Below, piece after piece: positions 11,073 to 22,921 of a DNA stretch of 64,000 nt (positions within the stretch are counted from its first letter, which is position 1; each line of letters opens with the position of its first letter). Under the pieces are notes generated by a model. The model was not told the DNA's origin. It did not search any database and saw only the letters and a program-made list of their open reading frames with translations. The DNA lies in assembly GCF_006345805.1 (NCBI RefSeq), contig NC_043000.1:62558001-62622000 (forward strand), read 5' to 3'. Source of the DNA: Octopus sinensis. Taxonomy: Eukaryota. A program made the position numbers and the translations under genes.

Positions 11073-12898
11073 CACTGGGCAACAAAAACTTTTTTCTTTG
11101 GTGCCTGGAATATTTCGACGAATTCTTAAGTGATATTGCCTGCTAAGTTCAAAAATAAGTTCAATTTTTCTCTGTCAGGTCTACTTTTCTGGCTAGACCT
11201 CATAGAGTAAGTATTTTATTCATACAAGAGGCATATACTATGAATCAATAAAGAGAGCGTAACACAAAACAAAACAAATTATAAATACATAATTCAAAAC
11301 TGAAAATGTACATTGCCAAAGATTTTTGGCAGAAAATTCAAGGAATAAATTTACGCTTTTTTGTGCACTGTGAATGTTGAGCAACATGAGTATTTCGTTT
11401 TAAACACCAGCAATAGTCTATCATCATCACAGCATCCCAATGTCTTTGGTCCCGAGTTTCCATCTCCTTGATGTCCTGATGGAATCTTTTGTTTTGTTCA
11501 TTGCTAACATCTCCAAGACTTTCAGGAAGACGATCAAGATGGCTAAAGGATAATGCTATTTTGATGCTCATATTCGTGCCAATATCGACGAAAGTTAATA
11601 TCAAGTTGGTAACAAGGTCTTTATAGTTTTCACTTCTGTGTATCACAAGGAAATTTTGCACTCCTTCTGCAAAGGCTAGCCGAGCTGATGATTCATTTTC
11701 GCCCATCGTTTTCATGAAATTTATGTCCTTCAAGAGCTTACGGATCTGTAGTCTATCAAAGATCCTTGCTTCAAGTTTTTCAATCGTCAAGTCTGGAAAT
11801 ACATTGCAGATATACTTGAAGCACTTCCCATTTTTGTCAAGACCTTTGGTGAATTGCTTGATCAATCCGATTTTGATGTGCAAAGGTGGGAAAATGATCG
11901 TATCTAGCTCAACTAACGGTTCTTCCAATAAATTAGCAGCTCTAAATGGAGCCATATTTGTTCGAGGCGGCCAGTCTTTCTTAACATAGTGGTTTACTCG
12001 GTCTCTACTGTTTCACATGCAAAGAAAGCATGAGTATTTGGTATAACCAGATTACTGTCTCATGAGAAAATTCACCATCTTTAAGTCAACGCAGATGACC
12101 CATTTATGGGTCGTCTGCGTTGACTTACGCTTCTCTAAAACCAACTTCTCTAAAACTAACTTAATGTCTTCATATTTTTGCTTCGGAGTTGTTGAGTAGC
12201 CGAGTGGGATAGAGCCATACACATTTCTATTGTGCAATAATACACATTTTAAACTACACTTAGAGCTGTCTATGAAATGATGCTATTCCTCTGGTTAGTA
12301 TTCTTCAATGCCAAGTTTATTAAGAAGCCCACTGACATCTCTGCAGTAAACCAGCTCTTCCTCTTTAGTGAAGAAAGAAAGGAACTCTTCATGCTGACTC
12401 TGATAAAAGGTTATACGGACAACATTTTCTACAAGATTCTTCTCTCTCAGTCGGGAGGCCAAAAGTTCTGCAGAATTTTTTAGGGGGTTCAAATCACGAA
12501 GTAGATCATTCAACTCTACCTGGGAGAATAGCTGAGGTAAAGTCTCAACTGGAAAGTCTTGATCTCTAGTATCATCTTCAGGTGATGAATCTTCTTTGGT
12601 TGAGGGTAAAGTTATCTGAGGCAAGACATTGAAGACAGGAACAGGAAGCTATTCACTGTGTGGAACTAGTCTAATTGCAGAGGCAAGATTAGGATAGACA
12701 AGCGTTTGTCGATTTTTCCGGTTAATACGCTTCAAATTCAGGTTACAAAAATAGCAGTTGCTCATGTGATTATACGGCACACTAACATAAAAACTAGATC
12801 TGATGGGTCAAAAAGAAAGTTATATTTGAATTCAGGAGACCGATTTTGTATAGGAATGATATCTATTTCCTAAACACTAAAAACCCTGTAGACCAGTG
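11073..12898 (-). mobile_element. Chapaev3-type (CMC superfamily) DNA transposon with both termini; defective transposase
   Basis: Termini CACTGGGCAACA / TGTAGACCAGTG with TTA on both sides (11070-72 and 12899-901). Imperfect subterminal inverted repeats. Peptides NCYFC..YPNLASAIRLVPHS, QVELNDLLRDL, KWVICVDLKMV, GYTKYSCFLC, PPLHIKIGLIKQF, RFHQDIKEME..MMIDYCW. Confidence 0.85.
11338..12775 (-). pseudogene. Chapaev3 transposase pseudogene (N-terminal region deleted, several frameshifts and stops)
   Basis: ORF-track pieces 12295-12624, 12052-12237 and 11338-11955 are colinear parts of one transposase. The SDEQGERFHQ-type motif reads SNEQNKRFHQ. Confidence 0.85.
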
Positions 12899-12915
12899 TT
12901 ATTTACACGTTTAAA

Positions 12916-13080
12916 GGCGGCGAGCTTGGCAGAATCGTTAGCATGCTGGGCAAAATGCTCTGCGTCATTTCGTCAGTCTTTACACTCAAATTCCACCGAG
13001 GTTCACTTTATCTTTCACCTTTTCGGAGTCGATAAAATAATCCCCAGAAATTGCTGCGTTTGCGCAAAACTTTGAAACCA
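12916..13080 (+). mobile_element. Nin-domain-like tRNA SINE (internally deleted)
   Basis: Head GGCGGCGAGCTTGGCAGAATCGTTAGC, core and TTTGAAACCA tail. Confidence 0.85.
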
Positions 13081-13099
13081 TTATTTATACTCTTAGAAA

Positions 13100-13700
13100 G
13101 GAAAAGTAGCTACGAAACTAGAGTTTTGCCTTGGAGACCTGGAGAAGCCAGGAGAAGGAAAGAAGGAAAGTTTGTGAAGAACAGTAGACCCCTGTCTCCA
13201 AATCATTATCGATCAATGTTCTAGAAGCAGAAGAGTGTCTCGTTTCTTGTTTATAAGACTTGGTGTTCATAACTAGAGACCATATACTCCATATCTCTGT
13301 CATAATCATCGATGGCAGTAAGGCAAGGATCGAAGACGATAGGAACCAACAACAGGAACAATGTAATCACTAATAGGAAAACAAGTTCCGAGCGCTACTA
13401 TTCCTGTGGCAGTGCAAGTTGCACAACTGGATTATCAGCCTCTTCCCTGGTCCCAGAAGCCGACGAACGAAAGTTGTTCCCTCTCCAACCAATATCACTA
13501 CCCCGTAGTCTTGCGATAGTATGAGATGTAATGGAAGTTAGAGAGGAGCAGAAAACTACCTGAAAAAGAGGACCCTATAGAAGAAGTATTGTGAACCCAC
13601 CAAAAAGGCACGAAAATGCAACAGGAGAAAGACGACAGCCACCAAGTCGACGTGAAATTCCGTGTCATTCGAAAACCAAACTAGCTCCTCGTGTAAGCAA
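13100..13700 (+). mobile_element. Probable Tx1-like LINE ORF1 remnant
   Basis: Short peptides (RSRRVSRF, SVIIIDGSKAR) resemble ORF1 motifs of the better copy at 41521-42520. Confidence 0.35.
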
Positions 13701-14049
13701 TAAAGTATAAGTTGTGCAAAGGATATATTTTCGATGTACTAATTACCGAAGACCAAACAGGGCTGAAATACACGGAGCATGTAACCAGTAGGCATTTCGT
13801 GAGAATGATACCAGTATTATATCACGAACTAAAACAGGATTACTTGGTTTTGGTGGAATATGTTAGCAAATACCAATATGAGCAGTGCTATATGAGTAGG
13901 TACACGGGCTGCGCTAGTCAGCGTAACTGACATTTTCTACCTCGTTTTATGAGAGTTGCCTGAAATATTTTATGTACATTTAAATATTTTCTTGTCTTAT
14001 TTCTTTTGTAATTATCTACTATTATATACTAGTATATGTTCTTATGTAG

Positions 14050-14295
14050 AGTTGTGTGGCTTAGAGTCAGGGTGTTGCACTCATGATTGTAAAATTGTGG
14101 TTTCGATTCTTGGTCCGGGCGATGCTTTGTGTTCTTGAGCAAGACATTTCATTTCAGGTTGCTCCAGTCCACTCAGCTTGACAAAAATGAATAATCCTAC
14201 GATGGACCAGTATCCCGTCTAGTGGAGGTGGGGGAGGACAATATATACACAATGGGATCCGGGAAGACCGGCCTTATGAAACTATAGCTCGGGAA
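14050..14295 (+). mobile_element. tRNA-derived SINE with CORE/Meta-type central domain
   Basis: tRNA-like head, then GTGTTCTTGAGCAAGACATTTCATTTCAGGTTGCTCCAGTCCACTCAGCT, shared with 32543 and 43880 copies. Confidence 0.8.
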
Positions 14296-14417
14296 GGACC
14301 TTTGCCTAGCACCTTTGCCCCAATCTCGTTAATTTTAAACATAACTTTGTACTCTTCATTCCTATTGTATGTGTATGAATGACTAAAATGTAATTGCAAT
14401 ATGTGGTTAATTAAAAG

Positions 14418-14464
<47 letters not shown>

Positions 14465-14485
14465 TACTGTCTTGGTGTGATGATA

Positions 14486-14522
<37 letters not shown>

Positions 14523-15157
14523 AGGGCTCATTTTAAGTGTCAGTCAATGAAATTTTCTTCAGAGTACCTACTAAAAAGAATTATAATTACGAGAGGAGGA
14601 CCTGCCCCAAGAGTCACGAGTAACCAAAACAAAGATTTGGTGGTGGTGGCAGAGGTGTCAGTTGTAGCAGTTGAAGGTGAAGTTGTAGTAGTGATGTTGG
14701 TGTTGGCGGTACTGTCTTTCGTGAAGGTCATGGTGGACGGCTTTGCGACGATATCGTTGTTGGTGTTGGTGTTGGTGTTGGTGTTGGTGGTGGTACTGGC
14801 ATTCACGTTTACGTCTTTATTTGTTTGTGTAAAATTTCTCTTTTCCTTCCTTCTTTCATGAAATGTGGTGTGGGGAGTGTAGGAAATTCAATATGAAACA
14901 AGTTTCCAAGGAGACTGGCATTTGTTAGAAAACTGTCTTCATGGCTTCGAAAGAAAAATGGATAAGCAAGCCGAAAACAAATTCACAAAACCAGGAAACA
15001 GGCCACGCAGGGCAGGTTTCCTATGGAAACAATTTGCACGATCGAATCTATTAGTTGTTGCACAACTTTTACATAAAAAAATATTATACAAGACACACTT
15101 TTGAAGGCAAAAAAAGCAAACTTACGCGGAGTCGATGTAACTGTCGTCCGTCCATAG

Positions 15158-15241
<84 letters not shown>
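15158..15241. repeat. (GATA)n array at the 3' junction of a Tx1-like LINE
   Basis: Direct reading, about 21 units. Confidence 0.97.
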
Positions 15242-15243
<2 letters not shown>

Positions 15244-16933
15244 GTTTCTTTATTGGCCACACAGGGCTGAACACAGAGGGGACAAAATACAAAGTAGAGC
15301 TTTTCTTTTGGGGAAGGAAAGAAAAAGGGGGTAGCATTTCCATCAAAAGGGATCGTGTATCACAGAAATGTCATAATGTAAAAGGGTAAACTGATTAGGT
15401 TTATCTGTGGAAAGAAAAGCCTACGGAAAAGACCACGGTAACCTCAGGCAATAATGTCATGCAAAAAACACATTACAGTGAGTTTCTTTTTTTTCCCTTC
15501 TTTTTCTGGTTCATAGGATTATGCTCAAGATGGCTCCGTCATTCACACGCGCCATTCTTACTACATTCACCCATCTTTTTTCATGGAACATTCACTAGAC
15601 AAAACTTCCTCTCTACTCTCACCTTCCTCTTCAAGTGATACTTGAAGAAGTTGATGAGAGATTCACCAGAGAGGAAAATGTTTGTCTCTAGACCTTTCAG
15701 ATGCATCCACCATAAACATTCTTTCACCATAGCCATAAGTACGGTGAAAATGGCTCTTGCTTCCCGTTTCAAGGAAGGAAGCACGACAATATTCACGACA
15801 GATTCGGTTAACAAACTGTCTCGTCCCACACGCGATAGCAATCGTTTGACATAAGTGCGTGCAGAACGGTTTCGTCGCTCAAACCGCATCTCGGGCAGGT
15901 TGGCCCCGGGTTTCTTGAGCCATGCCTGTAGAGCTTATCCCGAACGGGTAGCGCGTCTTGATAGCACTGCCAGACTCGGGACGGCATAGTTGCTCCAGAG
16001 CCACGCGACACTCGCGGTGCCATTTGCCCTTCCTCGGCCTCTTCTTGATCCACGACTGCAGTTCGGTCATGGAGATGAGGTACGGAAAAGCATGCCGCAC
16101 AAACGGCGACCACACCTGTTCACCGTCGTCAACGTAGAGCTGGAGATGTCGCAGTCTCAGCGCGTGTCTGCGCATCATCAACCACGGCATGCCCAGCCTC
16201 CTTTTAACGGGTGTTGGCAGCAAACGGATCGCCTGACCATCGGAACGCATCCTTTCCACAAGAAGTGAAGGGAATGCGTTCAAGTTTGGTGATGGTAGTG
16301 TCGGGAAAAGGCACCACAGTCAGGCGGTAGTAGATGATGGACGCGATGTACGCGTTCGCCACCTCCGCCCGACCTTTTAGGGACAGCTTCCTCTCAGCCC
16401 ATTGCCGGGAGAGAGTGACCACCCTACTCGTTATCCCGTTCCAGTTCTTCTCCGTTTGGAGGTCCGGACCAAACCAAACCCCGAGCAACACAAGCGGACC
16501 ATCAGTCCAGCGTTCCACGACGGAGGCACTGCTGAATAGCATGGCTTGCTTCTCCAGATGCCGAGCCGCAAGCCCACTGACTTTTCCCGGTTGATTTTCG
16601 CTCCCGTTACCGTTTCGTAGTCTTCCAGTGTCTCGCCGACCAGCTCGATGTGCTTCTGTCTAGACACTATGACGGTGACGTCGTTCGCGTATGCTGACAC
16701 GCTCGTCCCGCATCCCAACTCTCGCGGGATGCACCTCAGCGTCGCCAGCTTCCGCAGTAGTGGCTCGAGGGTCACCAGTACAGAAGCGACGAGAGGGGGC
16801 ATCCCTGACGGAGCGAGCGTGCAATGTCGAAAGGTCTCGATAGATGCCCATTTACACGAAGTACCAAACGGATACCTCTATACAGGGCAGCTATCCAGCC
16901 GAGGAAGACGTGACCGAAACCAGCTGCTATGAG
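15242..16933 (-). mobile_element. 5'-truncated L1-clade Tx1-like LINE (RT C-terminal half, CCHC region, 3' UTR)
   Basis: LRQGCPLSSLLY, SVSAYANDVTVIVS, LSLKGRAEVANAYIASIIYYRLT, TCPRCGLSDETVLHAL, FFKYHLKRKVRVER; 3' UTR ending AATAAAGAAAC; frameshifted. Confidence 0.92.
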
Positions 16934-17041
<108 letters not shown>

Positions 17042-17142
17042 GTGCACTGTTCCGCGTTGGTGAGATCAACAAAAAATGGACTCCATCTGGTGAGAGATAA
17101 ATATTATTTGATAAACACATGAAAACATGTATTGTGTTTATC

Positions 17143-17182
<40 letters not shown>

Positions 17183-17189
17183 AGAAAGG

Positions 17190-18045
17190 AAGGCACCGGA
17201 ATAGAATCACCATTGAAGCAGCAATTTTAACAAGCAGTCGGGAAATCTCGGGAAAAATTCTCAGTTGAAAGAGAAGATGTTATAGTACTGGCGCCAACAC
17301 TTTAAAAACCGAATGTTCAGCCAAAGCACAGGTTGAAATTTTTAGATATATATCTAAAAATTTAACCATACACAAGCGCACTTGTAGGATAGGTAATAAT
17401 AGACAACGGTAAAAAAAGAAAAAACAGGTAAAATCCTGTAGAAGAGGTTACAATAAAAAAATTGGTAAAAAAAACCTGTTGGAGAGGTAAAAATAGGTAA
17501 CGGTTTATTAAGAACTATGCGGGCTGTATCTGATCTTAGCTTTTGTGGAATTAGGAGTGGTTAATGCAGGGCTGACGTGAGACAGATTGTGGTTAGGTGG
17601 CATCATAAAGCCTACTGGAACTGTAACCAGCAGAAGCTACCAAGACAAAGGACTTGAGATTGATGGTAAAGGGCAAAAGGTTTGGTTATTACACATGTTG
17701 TAGTATGAATTATGTCAGAACATCATGTCCTCAAGAACTTGAAAGACTAGTTAGGAAATGGAAAAGTAAAGCAAAGGAGACCATCCAGCAACAAGAACAA
17801 GAAGCTCCAGATTCCATACTACCATCAATTACAGTTACTGAAATGGCAGAAGAAATCGCCTCGTGCCCAGTTCTAGAAACAAGAGAACAAATGCCTCGTC
17901 CTATTACAGTAGCAACACGTAGTACCAATCCATCAACATGTGTCGAAAAAAAGAAAGAAAAAGGCTGCAGAGGAAAGTATCCAAACTGTCGTAGTAAATA
18001 CAAAATGAAAAGGAAAATATCCCAAAACAAAAATTTCTAAAGGAA
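17190..18045 (+). mobile_element. Decayed Tx1-like LINE ORF1 fragment
   Basis: Degenerate zinc knuckle (GKRFGYYTCCSMNYVRTSCP) preceded by an ORF1-like region and followed by a T/E/K-rich tail. Confidence 0.45.
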
Positions 18046-18111
18046 ACGATTCAAACGAGTGAGAAGGAACACCTTCCTCGAAACAATACTGATGTTCCTC
18101 CTCCGAATAAT

Positions 18112-18430
18112 AATCCTTTTCTGCTATAGGCACAAGGCCTGAAATTTGAGGGGAGGGTGCTGGTAGATTTCATTGTCCCTAGTGCTTAACTGGTACGTTT
18201 TTTATCAACCCCAAAAGGATAAAAGGCAAAGTCGACCTAAGCGGAATTTGAACTCGGAACGTAAAGCCAGGCGAAATGCGACTAAGCATATTGTCCGGCA
18301 TGCTAACGATTCTGCTACCTCGCCGCCTTAAATAATTTTTCTGCTATAGGCACAAGCCCTGAAATTAAGAGGAAGGAAGCTAGTTGATTGTCGACCCCGG
18401 TTCTAAACTGGTACTTATTTTATCGATCCC
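18112..18430 (-). mobile_element. Nin-domain-like SINE (full copy about 18112-18330) plus a second partial copy (about 18335-18430) with the CTATAGGCACAAGGCCTG tail variant
   Basis: Family core and head on -; alternative tail; TCCGAATAATAAT occurs on both sides as a possible TSD. Confidence 0.8.
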
Positions 18431-19059
18431 GTTTTTATTCGCTTCTTCCGAATAATAATAAAGTGCATAAAGAGGAAGGCGTAAACCAGAGATTCACCAA
18501 CCATCGTTAACCAAACGGACAACTAATAAATGCAATCATGTTTCTATGGCGTCAGGGGCATTCCGATAAGGTATGAATGATAGAAGTGAGATTGCATTTG
18601 GAATACAAGAAACTAGTAAATGACAAACTAGTTAATAAAAATAGAAAAGCACATTACAACTAATTGAAATAGTCCTATCCCCGAGACGGCGATGCATATA
18701 CCAACCGACACAAAAATTATCAGCTTTTGGCCAAATAGTTAATGTATTATGCTCTAACAAGACCAAGTCAGCAATTTATTTTCACTCTTTATTTTCTTTT
18801 AAATTTATCTTCTTTTAATTATTTTCTTTTATCATACTTTATTTATTACCGTGCAAATGCATACATAGATATGTATGTATAAATAACAAGAGTGGCTTAT
18901 TAGCAATTTTCCAACCGAAAGGTAAATATATATGCGTCACTAAAGCGACTAAGGACGCTAGTCAGCACCAGTATTGCTAGAAATAAGAGTCAAAACAACT
19001 CATAGCCACGATAAGCACTATCTTAATGACTGACAAGGGAAACAAGCTCTTTCGGCACC

Positions 19060-19190
19060 GGGCATATCAAGATCACCAGTTCAAATGTCAACGAGGTCGA
19101 CTTTGCCTTTCATCATTTTGGGGCCGAGAAGTCGATATAGTCGGCTATACTCATCCACCAAAACTTCAGTCTAATATGACTATATTAGAA
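19060..19190 (+). mobile_element. Nin-domain-like SINE fragment
   Basis: CAGTTCAAATGTCAACGAGGTCGACTTTGCCTTTCATC core. Confidence 0.6.
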
Positions 19191-19208
19191 GAAATATTAC
19201 TATTATTA

Positions 19209-19210
<2 letters not shown>

Positions 19211-19253
<43 letters not shown>

Positions 19254-19393
19254 GAGGAGGAGGAGGAGGAGGAGGGGGGAGTATCTACTGCCGGTGTTGA
19301 TTTTATCGATAAAAGTATGTTTTTTATTAAAAATTTACTTACACATTCACAGAAATCACACATATACCTTCACACAATCACGCACACAGACAC

Positions 19394-19440
<47 letters not shown>

Positions 19441-19611
19441 CACAGAGACACTACGCATGCACACGAGAATATATACATTGTTAACTTGAGATCATAACTT
19501 AATTCAAGTAAAATTCTATTTCACCATGGAAAAGTATCAATCACACTTAAAAAGAAAATGATACTTCAAAGAAAAGAGAATCATCATCATCATCATCATC
19601 ATCATCATAAT

Positions 19612-19642
<31 letters not shown>

Positions 19643-19648
19643 AGTAGC

Positions 19649-19712
<64 letters not shown>
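19211..19712. repeat. Cluster of simple repeats: (GTA)n(GGA)n, (TA)n, (CAT)n(CAG)n(GTA)n
   Basis: Direct reading. Confidence 0.9.
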
Positions 19713-20128
19713 TGTTAGTTTGTGCGAGGTAGGAGTAGGTATAAAGTAATTTTATTTTGAAGATATTTCAAAAATGCCGAGTCACATAAACTAAAGCGTC
19801 CATAAGAGACCAGCTTGACATACCAACAAAAAAATTCCGGTGCCTTCTTGTCTTCAGCAGAGGTCCATTAAACAACTAGAAAACTAGTGATCTTTCAACG
19901 ATTTCTAATCATGGAACTTATCCTTAAAGAATCACACTAAAGGATTTTCTTTCGTTTTCTTTTTATTTTCTTTCTTTTTCTCTTCATCTTTTCATCACTT
20001 ACACTTTATACAGATGACTTATCATCTAGTCTTTGATACTTTTAACTTCCCTTGTTTTCTTGGGGGCATTTTATTGTTGCCGCTCAATTTTCTTCTTTCA
20101 ATATCTACTCTGTAGCTTCCTTCTTTTC

Positions 20129-20169
<41 letters not shown>

Positions 20170-20747
20170 GAGAGACTGCTTTACAGTGCTTATGTATGTG
20201 CATTTGTGTAAATGTGAATACATACCTGTGTCTGTGTGAGTATGCGTATTTATGTGTATGTGTTTGAGTATGAGTATGCATGTTTCCACGCATGAATCTC
20301 TATAAACGTGATTAAATGGTAGTGTAACTATGTGTGTATGTATGTACATATGCATGTATATATTTATACATGCATGTATGTATGAGTGGGTGTGTGTATG
20401 AAAAATTATACATGATACTGAAGCATATACCGGATTATTAGTGATCCGGTTTTAACAGATGCAGCCTTCCATATTTCTTCCGTTTTTACCAGCTTATTCT
20501 TTCAATGACCAGATGCCGCTGATTGCAAAAACCGAAGAAAAAATTTACACCGGATCAGAACATTATATCACACAAAAATTTGGTATCACCATGCTAAATA
20601 GCACATTTCATATGAAATTGTGACTTAAGACAACAAGTCTAACGCTGATTCTACCTCAATGTATAGCATTGTGGAAACTAGGGAATACTAACGCGAGGAA
20701 ATATAGTTTTTAATTCCCCTCAAAAAGTATCACGCTTAAAAATGACA

Positions 20748-21115
20748 TCTCTCTATATATAAAGCTGAAGTTGTCTGTGTATGGCAGGATTGGTAGCCTT
20801 CAACTAACACTCTCTCCTCCGAGACCCTGCGGTGCAAGGAAGGCTTGCTCTTCCTTCCGTAGAAGAAAAAAATTCAAATCGGACCATGTTAACACCAAAA
20901 ATTATTTACATCAAAAAGGTGCTTTTTTTTTCTATGAAAATACCCATTTTTTACGATTTTTTTACTGCTCTGTCGCCATTTTTCGGTGTTTTTCAACCAG
21001 AAAAATGTTCACTTAAAGAGAATAACAAGCTACATAATGCAAAATTTTTACTTTTCAAAAGTTCCAAGTCTAAAGGGTCGAAACAAACCCGAGCAACGCC
21101 GGGCGATACTGCTAG
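20748..21115 (+). mobile_element. Non-autonomous Helitron
   Basis: A|TCTCTCTATATATAAAG 5' end; 3' hairpin CCCG-AGCAACGC-CGGG followed by CTAG|T; inserted between A and T with no TSD. Confidence 0.85.
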
Positions 21116-22589
21116 TTATGATTAAAGACAACAGCTCTGCCAGGAATTCTGTCTTCACTGGTTGCCATTGCAATTGTTTAGGATTATTGATGCAAGAAAT
21201 ATAGGTTATGAGATATGGTTTCGTACTAGAGCTTGTCATGGAACACATATACAGTGCTATAGCTATTTCGATCTCTCGATCGTTATCATTTCATGTGGCT
21301 CTGTTATTTATGTGTATCTCTTGTAATAACAACCTACTATCGAGAGTAGCCGGATATATCTAAGCTACTGGAGAAATTCTCGTCTTCCGCTTAAAAAACG
21401 GAGAACAATGTATAGTCTTCTGAGATGTTTGTAGCTAACATAAAATTACCACAAACGTTCTATTAGTTAGTCAGAGGAAGTTCTAAAAAGAATAAGATAA
21501 TTTTCATCCTGAATTGTCAACAAATATTCGTCGTCGTAGAAAAATACAACAAAGGAAAAATTAAGAAATAACCATGAAATTAACAACTTGCAGACTTGTC
21601 TGGCACTACAGCTTTACTTAAATACCGCTGTGACGCGTGATATAAAACACAACACTCTCTTCGCAGAGAGTGATAATTGTAAACAACTTAAATATTATTT
21701 TAAACTAAACATTTTGGGGAAATGCTGCTCGATTATATTTTGTTGTTGTTCTATAAAATAAAATCTATTTTATAAATTATAGTTTATAAAACAGTCAGAG
21801 TTGAAGTCCACAGTGACGGATGGAATAGGCAGATATATCTGGGTTCTAGTAGCTGGACATTCTGTTAAAATTGAGTTTCGTTTTTAGTTTTCCAGTAATT
21901 TCTTTCAGATTCTTGGAAAGTGATCAGTCGTGAAAAATATTAAAATGAACTTTAAAAGAGAATCAGAAGAAACCATCTAGTAAAGTTCATGCTGTTGTTG
22001 TAATTAATCATCCGGTCAACTTTGATCCCTCATACATCTATTAAAAGTTATGACGATATATTCAGATACAATGCATCTAGAAATACATTATACGATGTGT
22101 CCTTCTTAAGAGGGTGGGATTTGAGAAATATTTTGCTATTTCTGCAATACTTTCATCCACCCCGCGGGACATGCTGAGCAAAATTGAAATGTGTTTCACC
22201 GAGGAAGTTCGTTTATACTGGTGAGTCTTGCTTTCTAAGGATGAAACCAACATCTGTTACGCAACAGAACGAACAAAGGCTATTATTGAGTTAGGGTTAG
22301 GGTGACATTTGTTCTGTCTCTTTACCTTTTGAAATCAAGAAAAGAAGCTAATAATTGAGGTTGAAGATATCGAATAAAACCCCTTCCCTCAAAAGTTGCA
22401 AGCCTTGTACCTCAATTAGGAACCATTAATATATTTTTATTATTCTCAGGCATAGCTGTATGATTCTCTCCTGGAGGGCCGCACTTCCAGATTAACCATA
22501 GAACAAGCGGTTTGGTGTATTGTTGTAGTTTTCCTTTTTGTTTCGTTAGACAAATTTGTACTACATTAAAATTATTAGTATTGAGCCCT

Positions 22590-22921
22590 GTATTGTAGAA
22601 GATGCAGAGACGGTTGTTGTCTCTGCCACTATTGTCGACTCCACCATTAGGAACTATCAAGCCAATGTGATGAAAAACAGTATAAACCCAAAGTGCTGAT
22701 ACTGCAGCGATGAGATAGAAACAGTCGACCACCTAATTTCTGGATGTAAGGTTTTAGCACCTGTAGAGTACAAATCAAGACATGACCATCAAGGCAAATA
22801 CACCAGATATTGTTGTGAAAGACAAAGGCAATAAAGTCTGTTTATTAATTGGTATGAGCATACCCTGTGACCATAATATATCCGCAAAAGAATTTGATAA
22901 ACTTAGAAAATATAAAGATCT
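22590..22921 (+). mobile_element. R4/Dong-clade LINE fragment (CCHC knuckle plus part of the restriction-like endonuclease)
   Basis: RNYQANVM..KC*YCSDEIETVDHLISGC..EYKSRHD; ANTPDIVVKDK..CLLI...ISAKEFDKLRKYKDL. Confidence 0.8.

Noticed and set aside
14540-14861. T/N-rich and V-rich ORFs as a mucin-like or membrane protein exon
   Set aside because: Compound trinucleotide low complexity, similar to the low-complexity parts of Tx1 ORF1 elsewhere in the window; no splice or domain support
21250-21730. Possible DNA-transposon or promoter-like segment
   Set aside because: No TIR pair, TSD, coding motif or specific regulatory signature could be identified
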